A stretch of 63,166 nt of DNA, counting the filler. It is 5 parts of 5 records of this genome, joined end to end, with 100 filler letters (N's around TTAATTAATTAA, not from the genome) between each part and the next. Parts side by side here need not be neighbours in the genome. Positions count along the whole stretch, not along the records: positions 1 to 21,182 come from DRR723986_8937; 4 more parts are not named here. One strand, written 5' to 3'. A program made the translations under genes and the position numbers. Below are positions 1 to 9,810 of the stretch, in pieces. Under the pieces are notes generated by a model, which did no database searches, was not told the DNA's origin, and saw nothing but the letters and a program-made list of their open reading frames with translations. Position 1 is the stretch's first letter. Each line of letters opens with the position of its first letter.

Positions 1-104
1 CCATGGCTCGACCATGGCATCCACGCCGTTTCCCTGCCCCAGATACGACCTTGGAACCCAGCCCGGTCGTGGCATGGATTGCTCGGGACAAGCCCGGCAA
101 TGAC
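1..104. repeat. REP-like palindromic element of the alphaproteobacterial type (truncated at window start)
   Basis: CCATGG-CTCGA-CCATGG-CATCCA at the left, TGGATTGCTCGGGACAAGCCCGGCAATGAC at the right. Two palindromic arms flanking a spacer, just downstream of the 132..902 stop. Confidence 0.6.
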
Positions 105-131
105 GCGGTGAGTGATTGGTGCTGATGCGGC

Positions 132-902
132 TCAGTTCCGGGTCATTTTTCCCGGCAGGCTGAGATCGCCGGAGGCAACGTCGAAGACGTCGACGACGCA
201 CAGCAGTGGGGCGTGGACGTTCTGGTTCACCCGCAGGGCCGACGTGACGCCGTCATACGACAGGGTCTCAACAGTGCTTTCATCGGCAAAGGCCACGTTG
301 AGGGTAATTTCCTCTGCCTCCAACACGGGTGAAAATCCAGGGCTGTCGATGTAGATCGGCAGGCCCGGCCAGGTAGCCGGCATCTTCGGGTTGGTACCAT
401 CGGGAATATCCTGCACGGAGAGTGCGCCGGCACCGCAGGCCTCGTTCGGTGTCAGCACCACCCAGTGCGAGTGCCATTTCGCACCGTCGTTCAGAAGGTC
501 ACCGTCGCCATCTTCATCAAAAAGCGGTGTGTCGTCGAAATCCGGATGGCTGGTGGCCACCAGCGCAAGTATGCCGTTCCCCCCTTCAAACCCGACCGTT
601 TCCGGTTTCAATGACGTTGGCCAGACATAGGACTGCACCGGCGCCCCTGCGAGCGCACCGTTTGCCTCCGGCACGCTCGCACCGGCCGTTCCCTTCAGTG
701 TCATGTGGAAGGTTACGACACGCCCCTTGCGGTGCACATGGGCGGCCAGGATGTCGTAGTTCGGGTCAATCTCCTGGTTTTCCGGCGACAGGATTGCTCC
801 CGTCTGGTGAACCGCGTGACTGCCGCCTGCAGATGCCACAGTCGGCAGGACGATCGTTGACATACCTGCGATCAAAACAGCTTGGGAAATGGATTTGTAC
901 AT
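132..902 (-). CDS. Secreted conserved hypothetical protein (256 aa), probably metal/Ca-binding
   Basis: N-terminal signal peptide ending ASA; HPDFDDTPL, DEDGDGD (DxDxDG) and WHSHW motifs; RBS AAGGAGA upstream. Confidence 0.75.
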   Translation of the reverse strand: MYKSISQAVLIAGMSTIVLPTVASAGGSHAVHQTGAILSPENQEIDPNYDILAAHVHRKGRVVTFHMTLKGTAGASVPEANGALAGAPVQSYVWPTSLKPETVGFEGGNGILALVATSHPDFDDTPLFDEDGDGDLLNDGAKWHSHWVVLTPNEACGAGALSVQDIPDGTNPKMPATWPGLPIYIDSPGFSPVLEAEEITLNVAFADESTVETLSYDGVTSALRVNQNVHAPLLCVVDVFDVASGDLSLPGKMTRN

Positions 903-935
903 CGGCTTTCTCCTTGATTGAGGACGCAGCCTTAT

Positions 936-982
936 TAGTAGCGACTCGAAACTATTGCAAGTTTAATTTCGACTCGCTACAT
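936..982. promoter_or_regulatory. Pair of imperfect 19-bp palindromes, putative MarR operators
   Basis: TAGTAGCGACTCGAAACTA (936-954) and TAATTTCGACTCGCTACAT (964-982) are near reverse complements of each other, in an 87-bp divergent intergenic gap. Confidence 0.65.
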
Positions 983-989
983 AGAGAGC

Positions 990-1556
990 ATGTTTGCTCC
1001 AACCGACACACAGACCATTCGCGACCTGATCGACCGGTTGACGCGTCTTGCCGCTGCCGAGGAGTGGAACGGGCCTTTGAACCCGTCACAGTTTGCTGCG
1101 CTCAACTATCTTGCCCGGGCAAACCGCTTTTCACGCGCGCCCTCGCACGTGGCCGATTTTCTGGCAACGACACGCGGCACGGCTTCGCAAACCCTCAAGG
1201 CGCTTTCCCGCAAGGAGCTGATTGCCGAAACGCGCTCGGACGAAGACAAGCGCAGCATTCGTTATGACGTCACCCGGGCAGGCCGGGATCTCTTGCAGGA
1301 CCCTTCGTCTCTGGAGAATGTCATCGACGCCTTGCCGCCGGACGTCGCTGCGTCGCTGGCCTCGTCCCTGAAAGCACTTGTCCTGACGATGCTGCACGAG
1401 CGGGGTGGCCGCTCGTTCGGTCTCTGCAGCACCTGCCGCCATCACGAGGCAAGGGAAACGGGGGGCTATTGCAAGCTTCTCAACGTGCCGCTCTCGCCTG
1501 TCGATGCCGCACAGCTCTGCCACGAACACACACCAGCCGAAAGCCATCAGCCATGA
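990..1556 (+). CDS. MarR-family regulator with C-terminal Cys/His cluster
   Basis: wHTH with TRGTASQTLKAL and DKRS wing; C-terminal CSTCRHH...C...CHEH. Confidence 0.85.
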   Translation: MFAPTDTQTIRDLIDRLTRLAAAEEWNGPLNPSQFAALNYLARANRFSRAPSHVADFLATTRGTASQTLKALSRKELIAETRSDEDKRSIRYDVTRAGRDLLQDPSSLENVIDALPPDVAASLASSLKALVLTMLHERGGRSFGLCSTCRHHEARETGGYCKLLNVPLSPVDAAQLCHEHTPAESHQP

Positions 1557-2239
1557 CCGCCAAAGCCCGCATTGTCTCCCTCTTCACCGGAGAGCCAGAA
1601 CACCGTTGGGAGGGCAAGGAGCCGTCTGCCATCCGCAAGACCCGCGCAGATGGTATCCTCCAGGTCAGCTCCACCGGCATCACCACCGACCGTCAGGCGG
1701 ATCTTTCCGTGCATGGTGGACCGGAAAAGGCACTGCATATCTATCCTTCGGAGCATTATGCCCACTGGCGGGACGCCTTTCCGGAAAAGGCGGAAATCTA
1801 TCAGCCAGGCGGTTTCGGCGAGAACATCGCTTCAGAAGGCTTTACCGAGGAAGACCTGTGCATCGGCGACATCCTGTCGGCGGGCACGGTCCGCATGCAG
1901 ATTTCCCAGGGCCGCCAGCCCTGCTGGAAGCTGAACATGCACACAGACAACCCCACGCAGGCAGCCCATTTCCAGAAGACAGGCCGAACCGGCTGGTATT
2001 TCCGCGTGCTGCAGGAAGGGTCGTTTCAGGCAGGCGACGAGTTGACCGTCGTTGAACGCCCCTGCCCGGACTGGAACCTGCGCGAGGTCATCCACGCCCG
2101 GTTCAACCCACGGCTGGATCCGGCGGTGGCAAAGGCCCTGTCAGAACTTGAAGAGCTGGCTGAACCCTGGCGTGTCTCCTTCGCCAAAAAAGCCGATCCG
2201 GCCTTTCAGGAAGACACATCGAAAAGGCTCAACGGATAG
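1553..2239 (+). CDS. MOSC domain protein (YiiM-like, with 3-alpha tail)
   Basis: HGGPEKA, GGFGENI, SQGRQPCWKL and GRTGWYFRVL motifs; ATG overlaps the MarR stop (ATGA). Confidence 0.9.
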   Translation: MTAKARIVSLFTGEPEHRWEGKEPSAIRKTRADGILQVSSTGITTDRQADLSVHGGPEKALHIYPSEHYAHWRDAFPEKAEIYQPGGFGENIASEGFTEEDLCIGDILSAGTVRMQISQGRQPCWKLNMHTDNPTQAAHFQKTGRTGWYFRVLQEGSFQAGDELTVVERPCPDWNLREVIHARFNPRLDPAVAKALSELEELAEPWRVSFAKKADPAFQEDTSKRLNG

Positions 2240-2240
2240 G

Positions 2241-2588
2241 TCAGGCACCTTTGGGCGGCAGTGTCAAAGCATTGGCGATGGCAAAATCCAGCCAGTTTTG
2301 CAGAACTTCGTCGGTGCAATCGTCTTCACCGACGAAGAACATGCCACTCAACATGCGCCCGCCCTGAACGATCGGTTCAGCACCCGGCAGTGCCAGCCCG
2401 GCAGCATGGCTGGACTTGCCAAGACGGAAGATGAAACGTCGTTCGCCTTCCCTGGTGCGGTCGGCACCCGCGATCATATGGCCATGCAGCAGAAAGCACA
2501 TCGCGCCCATCATCCTTTTTTCGCTGATGCCTGCCCTGTTTCCAAGCGCCTCGCGCAAACGGTCGTTGAGGTCTTCATCGATGGCCAT
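2241..2588 (-). CDS. TfoX/Sxy N-terminal domain family protein
   Basis: EKRMMGAMCFLLHGHMIAG and C-terminal W...A...LPPK pattern. Confidence 0.8.
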   Translation of the reverse strand: MAIDEDLNDRLREALGNRAGISEKRMMGAMCFLLHGHMIAGADRTREGERRFIFRLGKSSHAAGLALPGAEPIVQGGRMLSGMFFVGEDDCTDEVLQNWLDFAIANALTLPPKGA

Positions 2589-2788
2589 AGGGTCGATTCT
2601 TTCAGACAGGGAAGGTCAGGAAAACGATTTCGGACAGCGGGAGACATACCCGCACAGAGGACCGCAGCCTCTGCCGGACGAGCCATTCGGTCAACCGGAA
2701 GGTTCAGCAAATCTGTGTTACAGACCGGTTTGCAGGTGACCAGCTTGAAATTTCCGCGGTTCCCTGCGACAAACGAGCGACTGCGGAC

Positions 2789-2817
2789 TTGCACTTTCCT
2801 TGCGCTTTGGGTATATC
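2789..2817 (+). promoter_or_regulatory. Putative sigma70 promoter of rplY
   Basis: TTGCAC-N17-TATATC, about 115 nt upstream of the rplY start. Confidence 0.55.
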
Positions 2818-2932
2818 CGCGCTCGCGCCTGCACCCCTGGAGGAGGCGCTTCTGGACCGATCCCGGACAACATGAGTCTTCTGGCACGGTGGTTCGCCGG
2901 TCCGTTACCTATACACTCGAAGGAGTTTTGCC

Positions 2933-3556
2933 ATGGCTGCCAGCTATGAGCTGAAGGCGTCGGCACGGGACCGGGTGGGCAAGGGGGCCGCACGGGCACT
3001 GCGTCGCGAAGGCCTTCTCCCTGCCGTGATCTACGGCGACAAGAAACAGGCACTGCCGATCACCATTCCGGTGAAAGAAACCACCATTACCCTGCACAAG
3101 GGTGGTTTCCTTACACACATCGGTATCATCGATGTGGACGGCGAAAAGCATCAGGTTATTGCCAAGGATTTCCAGCTGCACCCGGTACGCGACGACGTCA
3201 TGCACGTCGACTTCCTGCGCGTTGCCAAGGGCTCCACGCTGACGGTTGAAGTTCCGGTTCACTTCCTGAACGAAGAAACCTGCCCCGGCATCAAGAAGGG
3301 TGGCGTCCTGAACATTGTTCGCCACACCGTCGAAATGACCGTTCCGGCCGACAACATTCCGGAAGCTCTCGAAATCGACCTGGCCAAGGCACAGCCGGGC
3401 GACAGCCTGCACATTTCCGCAGTGAAGCTGCCGGAAGGCTGCCAGCCGACCATCACCGATCGCGATTTCACCATCGCCACGATCGCTGCTCCGGCCGGCA
3501 TGAAAGAGACCGACGACGAAGCTGAAGCAGAAGAAGGTGAAGGCGAAGCTGAATAA
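2933..3556 (+). CDS. rplY: 50S ribosomal protein L25/general stress protein Ctc
   Basis: [27 protein letters not shown], acidic tail; GAAGGAG RBS. Confidence 0.97.
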   Translation: MAASYELKASARDRVGKGAARALRREGLLPAVIYGDKKQALPITIPVKETTITLHKGGFLTHIGIIDVDGEKHQVIAKDFQLHPVRDDVMHVDFLRVAKGSTLTVEVPVHFLNEETCPGIKKGGVLNIVRHTVEMTVPADNIPEALEIDLAKAQPGDSLHISAVKLPEGCQPTITDRDFTIATIAAPAGMKETDDEAEAEEGEGEAE

Positions 3557-3579
3557 GCTGCAGCCTTGCTTTAAAAATC

Positions 3580-3649
3580 GGGAGGCGGTCTCCGCCTCCC
3601 TTCCCCTTGCGGGAAAACTTGCAGAGCAGCCGCCATCGGCTGCTTTTTT
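3580..3649 (+). terminator. Two hairpins after rplY; the second is an intrinsic terminator
   Basis: GGGAGGCGG-TCT-CCGCCTCCC (3580-3600); AGCAGCCG-CCAT-CGGCTGCT followed by a T run (3625-3649). Confidence 0.65.
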
Positions 3650-3716
3650 GTTTCAGGATTAGCCAGCCTGTCTGCATTGCGCTAAATGCAGCACGCTCTA
3701 CCTTGAAAGGCACACC

Positions 3717-4505
3717 ATGAAATTGATCGTCGGCCTGGGCAATCCGGGCGCCAAATACGAAGGCAATCGGCACAATATCGGTTTCATGGCCGTTGATGAG
3801 ATCCATCGCCGCCACTCCGGCTTCCAGCCCTGGAAAGCCCGTTTTCAAGGTCAGGTTTCCGAAGGCCGCCTCGGCTCGGAAAAGGTCCTGCTGCTGAAAC
3901 CCAGCACCTACATGAACGAATCCGGCCGCTCTGTCGGCGAAGCCATGCGGTTCTACAAGATCGAGCCCGCAGACATTGTCGTCATCTACGACGAACTCGA
4001 CCTGCCGCCCGCGAAATTCCGCATGAAAATCGGCGGCGGCCACGGCGGCCACAACGGTCTGAGATCAATCACGGCGCATATCGGCGAAAGCTACCGCCGG
4101 CTGCGCCTCGGCATCGGTCATCCGGGCGACAAGAAGCTGGTGTCCAACTACGTGCTGGGTGATTTCGCAAAGGCCGATCGGGACTGGCTCGAGCCGCTCC
4201 TGACGGAAGTCGCCGATCAGGCTGGACTGTTGGCCGAAGGCAAGGACAGCCAGTTTGCCAACAAGTTGACCCTGGCCCTGGAGCCCGAAAAGGCACAGCG
4301 CAAGGGCAAGAGCCAGGACGGCAAGGCGAAGGATGCCACGACTGGAGCCGCCAAGGCCGTTGCTCCCGGACAGGGCACCCCCGCACCAGCCAAACCCAAG
4401 GGCCAGAGCCATATCCGCCAGGCCCGGCAAGGCAAGTCAGTCAATTTGCCCAAGTCAGGACCCATGGCTGACATGCTGAAGAAGCTGCTCGGCGGCGGCG
4501 ACTGA
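3717..4505 (+). CDS. pth: Peptidyl-tRNA hydrolase with low-complexity C-terminal extension
   Basis: [25 protein letters not shown] and GGHNGL motifs; follows rplY. Confidence 0.97.
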   Translation: MKLIVGLGNPGAKYEGNRHNIGFMAVDEIHRRHSGFQPWKARFQGQVSEGRLGSEKVLLLKPSTYMNESGRSVGEAMRFYKIEPADIVVIYDELDLPPAKFRMKIGGGHGGHNGLRSITAHIGESYRRLRLGIGHPGDKKLVSNYVLGDFAKADRDWLEPLLTEVADQAGLLAEGKDSQFANKLTLALEPEKAQRKGKSQDGKAKDATTGAAKAVAPGQGTPAPAKPKGQSHIRQARQGKSVNLPKSGPMADMLKKLLGGGD

Positions 4506-4556
4506 GGCCGGTCCCTTCAAGAACACCAGCGCAACGGGGCTGCCTGCCTTTGGCGG

Positions 4557-5162
4557 TCAGGACAGCGGCTGAACGTTGATGATCTCCACCCGCCTGTTGC
4601 GGCCGCTGGCCGGATCGCCCGGATCGACAGGACGGCTTTCGCCGTACCCCACCGGCACAAGCCGTTCACGGGGGATCGTATAGAACGCTGCCAGAAACTC
4701 CGCGACCATGAAGGCCCTTCGTTTCGACAGGTCCAGATTATAGGCCGACGTGCCGCGCAGGTCCGTGTGCCCGGCGATCTGGAAACGCATGTTCCTGAGC
4801 CGTGGATCCTGCAAGGCCTGTCCGAGCGCCTGCAACGTCAGAATGCCGTCGTTGGTCAGTGAGGCGGAATCGAACTCGAAATTGACCGTCAGATTGATGC
4901 GCGGCAGCTCCACTTCCGGCGGCAACTGGCCCTCGATGCTGATCCCGCGAAACGGGTGCGGTTCCTGCTTTCGCATGGACCGGGATTTCGGCGCGCCGGC
5001 GTCTGGCAACAACGCGCTGATGATCTGATCCGGCGTGACGGACTGAGCGGAGACGCCGGCTGGCAGCATCAAGGGGACCAGCAGCGCCAGAACGGGTGCC
5101 AATGCCAGGCGGGCGGTCGCAAATTCGATAAGAAAGCGCATGTCGAAACCTTTGAGTGTCAC
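4557..5162 (-). CDS. OmpA-family C-terminal (peptidoglycan-binding) domain protein, exported
   Basis: Signal peptide; FEFDSASL, IAGHTD, YNLDLSKRRA, GYGESRP, NRRVEI. Start could be 5141. Confidence 0.9.
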   Translation of the reverse strand: MTLKGFDMRFLIEFATARLALAPVLALLVPLMLPAGVSAQSVTPDQIISALLPDAGAPKSRSMRKQEPHPFRGISIEGQLPPEVELPRINLTVNFEFDSASLTNDGILTLQALGQALQDPRLRNMRFQIAGHTDLRGTSAYNLDLSKRRAFMVAEFLAAFYTIPRERLVPVGYGESRPVDPGDPASGRNRRVEIINVQPLS

Positions 5163-6853
5163 TCTTCCCGGATCGTCAAATGAAGGACGGCTGCTGAAAT
5201 CTCACGTGGCAGGCTCATTTCGTCCGGCCGGTCCGCCATCCCTGCCCGCAATGCCGTCAGGAAATATCTGTCGTCCGCGGTACCGGCGCCGCCTTCAGCG
5301 CTCACAGGCATGGAGAATTGCCCGGATCCGCCGTTTTCCAGTTCTTCCAGTTGGATGACGGGGCTATGAGCTGCAATCACGATAATGGCTTCCGATCCAG
5401 CAGGTGGCTGCACGGTGAACTTCTGACGCCCCTGCCGGCCATCGCCATAGACGAAACGGTCGCCGAATTGCACCTGCTGGCGTACCGGACCGCGACGCGG
5501 CAAGAGGTTCACCACAGTGCCGTCGGCCTGCAGATAGACGATGTAGAGAAACGAGGCGAAATCCGGCGCAGTCACCTCAAAGGCCAGCGAATCTCCGTAG
5601 CGCAGATCCGCGCTGCCTCCCAGGAGCCGAATGCGCGGTCGCGAAGGTTCCGCCAGTGGCCGGGCTAGGGTCTTCAGGGCTTCGCACACGGGCCAGGGCC
5701 TGACATCGATTTTCTGAAGCTGCTCGGGCGGAAACTCCGCTTCCAGTTTCCGGAGTGCTTCCTGTGTGCTCACGAAACCGGCGAGCAGCGGCATGCCGTC
5801 CGGCGTATCTTCGCTCACGTAAAGGCTGCTGCAGCTATCCCCCGCAAAGGCCACCTCATTGTCCCGGTCGGTTCTGGTCAGCCCTGGCACCGGACGCGGA
5901 GGCACGATGGACGTGCGCATGATCGACGCGTTGTGCATGTCGGCCTTCGTTGCCTCGTAGCTGATCCAGCCATACCCGTCTCCGGACCAGTATGGCCCCC
6001 AGGAGTTCTGGACGAGGAATGCCTGACGCCGTTCATCGTACCCGACGAACACCATCTGGTGGCCTCCGGCGGCCCCGCTGTGACGCCCGAGCGATCCCTG
6101 GTAGATCTCTCCCGATTTCAGATATTGCAGCGTCACCCCGTCCGGCGTCTGGGAGGACGGCACCACGCCGACCATCAGGAACCCGGTTGCCACGGGGTTC
6201 CCCGCCGCCAGCTGCTGCTTGATCGCATCCAGATCCCGGTCCGTCGCGTTACGGCGCTGGCGGCCCTTGTCGAACACGAACAGGAAGTCTCGAATGCGGA
6301 ACCTGTCGGGGGCCATCGTTGCGGTTTCCACCCGTTCCGAGCACATGGCAGCGTCCGGAATGTCGTCCTGGTCGGGAGAGCCGTTGCCCTTGAAATAGGC
6401 CATCGCCAGAAGCGCATGACTTCCGGCGGTTTCACACGCCTCCTGCCGGTTGCGGATCTGCGAATGGAGAAACGCCGGACTTGGCGTGAAGGTGCGGTTG
6501 CCGGGTTCCACGTTGTTTTCAAGCGCAGCGTAATATCCGCGCATGGCATACCCGATGGCATAGGAAACACAGCTGCCATATGTCTGCAGCAGGGGTGGTG
6601 GCATCATTGGCGACAGGTCGATCGCGTCGGGGATATAGGCCCGTGTGACATTTACCTGTCCGACGCCTTCCAGCAGCGCAGGATCGATCGGCGCATCGCC
6701 CAAAAGGCCCGTCAGATCACGCGGATTGAAGCTTTGAGCCGATGCCGGACTTACCGAGAAGGCAGTGGCACAAGTGGTGACGGCAGCCAGAGTGGCAAAC
6801 AGGCCGCCGGAAAATGCACACAGAAACCCGTGTTTCTTGCGACTGAAAATCAT
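5159..6853 (-). CDS. Exported papain-like (C1) cysteine peptidase with C-terminal DUF4384-like domain
   Basis: QTYGSCVSYA (oxyanion Gln and catalytic Cys), GGHQMVFVGYD (His), QNSWG (Asn); C-terminal FLYIVYLQADGTVVNLLP. Start reassigned to MIFSRKK because the longer ORF overlaps ychF. Confidence 0.85.
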   Translation of the reverse strand: MIFSRKKHGFLCAFSGGLFATLAAVTTCATAFSVSPASAQSFNPRDLTGLLGDAPIDPALLEGVGQVNVTRAYIPDAIDLSPMMPPPLLQTYGSCVSYAIGYAMRGYYAALENNVEPGNRTFTPSPAFLHSQIRNRQEACETAGSHALLAMAYFKGNGSPDQDDIPDAAMCSERVETATMAPDRFRIRDFLFVFDKGRQRRNATDRDLDAIKQQLAAGNPVATGFLMVGVVPSSQTPDGVTLQYLKSGEIYQGSLGRHSGAAGGHQMVFVGYDERRQAFLVQNSWGPYWSGDGYGWISYEATKADMHNASIMRTSIVPPRPVPGLTRTDRDNEVAFAGDSCSSLYVSEDTPDGMPLLAGFVSTQEALRKLEAEFPPEQLQKIDVRPWPVCEALKTLARPLAEPSRPRIRLLGGSADLRYGDSLAFEVTAPDFASFLYIVYLQADGTVVNLLPRRGPVRQQVQFGDRFVYGDGRQGRQKFTVQPPAGSEAIIVIAAHSPVIQLEELENGGSGQFSMPVSAEGGAGTADDRYFLTALRAGMADRPDEMSLPREISAAVLHLTIREE

Positions 6854-7085
6854 CGCGTCCCAATTCCCAAAACAATCGCCCAAAACACCCACACGACTAT
6901 AACCGATAAACAACCGGAGGGAAGCTTTCAGCCGGATCACATCGCCGGACGCCTTTCCTTTTGCCGCTTCATCCTGACATGCTCTTGACAAACACCCGCC
7001 CGCAGTCCGCCAAAGCCTTGACCTCTTGACCCGGCTCGGGCATTTAGCGCTGCAAAGTCTCAAGACCAACCGAAAGCGAACTCCC

Positions 7086-8186
7086 ATGGGTTTCCAGTGC
7101 GGCATTGTCGGACTGCCGAATGTCGGCAAGTCCACACTCTTCAACGCGCTCACCAAGACGGCAGCTGCACAGGCTGCCAACTATCCGTTCTGCACCATCG
7201 AGCCGAATACGGGCGAAGTTGCCGTTCCGGATCCGCGCCTCTACGCGATCCGTCAAGTTGCAGGGTCCAAGGAAGTCATTCCGACGCGCATCACCTTTGT
7301 CGACATCGCCGGCCTCGTGCGCGGCGCTTCCAAGGGCGAAGGCCTCGGCAACCAGTTCCTGGCCAACATTCGCGAAGTCGATGCCATCGCACACGTGCTG
7401 CGCTGTTTTGAAGACGACGACATCACCCATGTGGAAGGCACCGTCGACCCGATCGCCGATGCCGAAACGGTCGAGACCGAACTCATGGTCGCCGACATGG
7501 AAAGCCTTGAGCGCCGCATTGCACCGCTGAAGAAAAAGGCCTCCGGCGGCGACAAGGAAGCCAAGGCTGTGCTGCCCGTCATGGAAGCCGCCCTGGCCCT
7601 GCTGCAGGACGGCAAGCCGGCACGCGCTCTGGAAGTCTCCGGTCCGGATGAAGAGAAAATCCTGAAGGGTCTGAACCTCCTGACTGCAAAGCCGGTTCTC
7701 TACGTCTGCAACGTCGACGAGGCATCCGCAGGCGAAGGCAATGCCCTCTCCGCCAAGGTCGCCGAAAAGGCGAAGGCGGAAGGCGCTGCCGCCGTCGTGA
7801 TTTCCGCGGCCATCGAGGCGGAAATCTCCCAGCTCGACAAGGAAGAACAGGAAGAGTTCCTGGAAACCATCGGGCTTGAAGAGCCGGGCCTCGACCGGCT
7901 GATCCGCGCGGGCTACGGCCTGCTGGGCCTGATCACCTATTTCACGGCAGGCCCGAAGGAAACCCGCGCCTGGACCATCACCGAAGGCACCAAGGCCCCG
8001 GGCGCAGCCGGCGTCATCCATACGGATTTCGAACGCGGCTTCATCCGCGCGCAGACCATTGCCTACGACGATTACGTCGGCCTCGGCGGCGAAACCGCAG
8101 CCAAGGAAGCGGGCAAGGCACGCGACGAAGGCAAGGAATATGTCGTCAAGGACGGCGACGTCCTGCTCTTCAAATTCAACACCTGA
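7086..8186 (+). CDS. ychF: Redox-regulated ribosome-binding ATPase YchF
   Basis: GIVGLPNVGKSTLFNALT, ANYPFCTIEPN, DIAGLVRGASKGEGLGNQFL. Confidence 0.98.
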   Translation: MGFQCGIVGLPNVGKSTLFNALTKTAAAQAANYPFCTIEPNTGEVAVPDPRLYAIRQVAGSKEVIPTRITFVDIAGLVRGASKGEGLGNQFLANIREVDAIAHVLRCFEDDDITHVEGTVDPIADAETVETELMVADMESLERRIAPLKKKASGGDKEAKAVLPVMEAALALLQDGKPARALEVSGPDEEKILKGLNLLTAKPVLYVCNVDEASAGEGNALSAKVAEKAKAEGAAAVVISAAIEAEISQLDKEEQEEFLETIGLEEPGLDRLIRAGYGLLGLITYFTAGPKETRAWTITEGTKAPGAAGVIHTDFERGFIRAQTIAYDDYVGLGGETAAKEAGKARDEGKEYVVKDGDVLLFKFNT

Positions 8187-8346
8187 CGAAATCCCGCGCA
8201 GGCAGCCAGGCGCCGCCTGCGCGTTTCCCGTCCACTTCCACCTCCCGGTCAGCCGCCTTCCTCAGAACGCACGGAAACGGAAGATAAAGACATCCCCTCT
8301 AGGGTTACCCGGACAAACGGGAATTCGACCTGCAGGAGGGGCCAAT

Positions 8347-9645
8347 ATGGCGGGACGAAGCGACACCAGGATCCGCAAGATCATTGCGGGAACTGTGGGG
8401 AACACGCTGGAATGGTACGATTTCGCCGTCTACGGCTATCTTGCCCCCATCCTTGCGCAACAGTTTTTCCCGAGTGACGATCCGACCGTCAGCCTGATCA
8501 GCACCTTCGGTGTCTTTGCGGCAGGCTTCCTCATGCGTCCCATCGGCAGTCTGCTGCTCGGCCATATTGCCGACAAGACCGGTCGCAGCCGGGCCCTTCT
8601 GTTGTCCGTCGCCCTGATGGCCATTCCGACGACGCTGATCGCCTTCTTGCCGACCTACGATCAGATTGGCATTGCCGCACCCGTGCTGCTGACGCTGCTG
8701 CGGTTGCTGCAGGGACTTTCCGTCGGCGGCGAATACACCGGCTCGACCGTCTATCTTTACGAGATCGCCCCGCCCAAGCGTCGGTGTTTCACGGTTTCCT
8801 GGGCCCTGGTCGGGGCAACATTCGGCATTCTGCTCGGTTCCGGCGTGGCGGCACTGGCAACCGGCCTCCTGCCGGCGGACGATCTGGGAAGTTGGGGATG
8901 GCGCATTCCCTTCGCCTTCGGTCTGCTGGTCGGCCTGACCGGTTTCATGATCCGAAGCGGCACCAAGGCAGAAGAAAGGGATCAACCGCCCTCCTCGCAC
9001 GATCCTGTCAGTGCTCCGGTTGGCGAGGTCCTGCGCAACCACCGGCCCGCCCTGCTGCGGACGATAGCGTGCAACATCCTCAACGGCGTCGGCTTCTATC
9101 TGACGTTCGTCTATCTCACGTCCTACCTGGTCGACTACGTCAAGTTCACGGAAAGTCGGGCCCTGACGATCAACACCAGCGTGATGGTCGTCTTCATGCT
9201 GCTGTTGCCTATTGTCGGCTATCTCGCCGACAGGATCGACCGAAGAACCATACTGCTGTTCGGATCGGGCGGTGTTGCCCTCTTCGCCCTGCCGATGTTC
9301 TGGCTGGTGCATCATCCGGATCCGGTCATGGTCATTCTGGGCCAGCTCGGCATGGCCGTTATTCTCACCGCCTTCTTTGCCCCGCTCATGGCCGCCATGG
9401 TCGGCCAGTTCCCTGTGTCCGTGCGCGTGACCGGCTATTCCATCGGCTACAACATCCCGCTGGCGCTCTTTGGCGGCACGGCACCGCTGTTTGCCACCTA
9501 TCTGATCGACAAGACCCACCTGCAGCTTGCGCCGGCGTTCTACATGATCGCTGCCGGCCTGCTGGCCTTCGTGGTCATCTGGTTCATGCCTTCGGAGGAC
9601 GGTAGCATCAGTCAGGACGAAGAAGCGGAGCCGGCTCCAACGTAG
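8347..9645 (+). CDS. MFS transporter, metabolite:H+ symporter (ProP/CitA-like) family
   Basis: GNTLEWYDFAVYG, RLLQGLSVGGEY, WGWRIPF motifs; ~12 hydrophobic segments; GGAGG RBS before 8347. Confidence 0.9.
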   Translation: MAGRSDTRIRKIIAGTVGNTLEWYDFAVYGYLAPILAQQFFPSDDPTVSLISTFGVFAAGFLMRPIGSLLLGHIADKTGRSRALLLSVALMAIPTTLIAFLPTYDQIGIAAPVLLTLLRLLQGLSVGGEYTGSTVYLYEIAPPKRRCFTVSWALVGATFGILLGSGVAALATGLLPADDLGSWGWRIPFAFGLLVGLTGFMIRSGTKAEERDQPPSSHDPVSAPVGEVLRNHRPALLRTIACNILNGVGFYLTFVYLTSYLVDYVKFTESRALTINTSVMVVFMLLLPIVGYLADRIDRRTILLFGSGGVALFALPMFWLVHHPDPVMVILGQLGMAVILTAFFAPLMAAMVGQFPVSVRVTGYSIGYNIPLALFGGTAPLFATYLIDKTHLQLAPAFYMIAAGLLAFVVIWFMPSEDGSISQDEEAEPAPT

Positions 9646-9810
9646 TCCGGGGCAACAGGACCACCTGTATTCCGGCCTGAACGCCTCTGGTGTGCCCAAC
9701 AAACCGCGCGGCATAGGCTGGCTCCACCGGGGCGTGCATAACTCCCGCTCGACAGGATGCTGCCGAACCCGGTACAAGCAGGCTTTCGTCAATTCTCGAA
9801 AGTGTCTGCG

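Noticed and set aside
4270-4505. Pth C-terminal extension as a fused functional domain
   Set aside because: Lys/Ala/Pro-rich low-complexity tail with no recognisable domain.
6854-7180. N-terminal 109 aa of the 673-aa peptidase ORF
   Set aside because: Overlaps ychF on the other strand; the signal-peptide-like start is at 6853.
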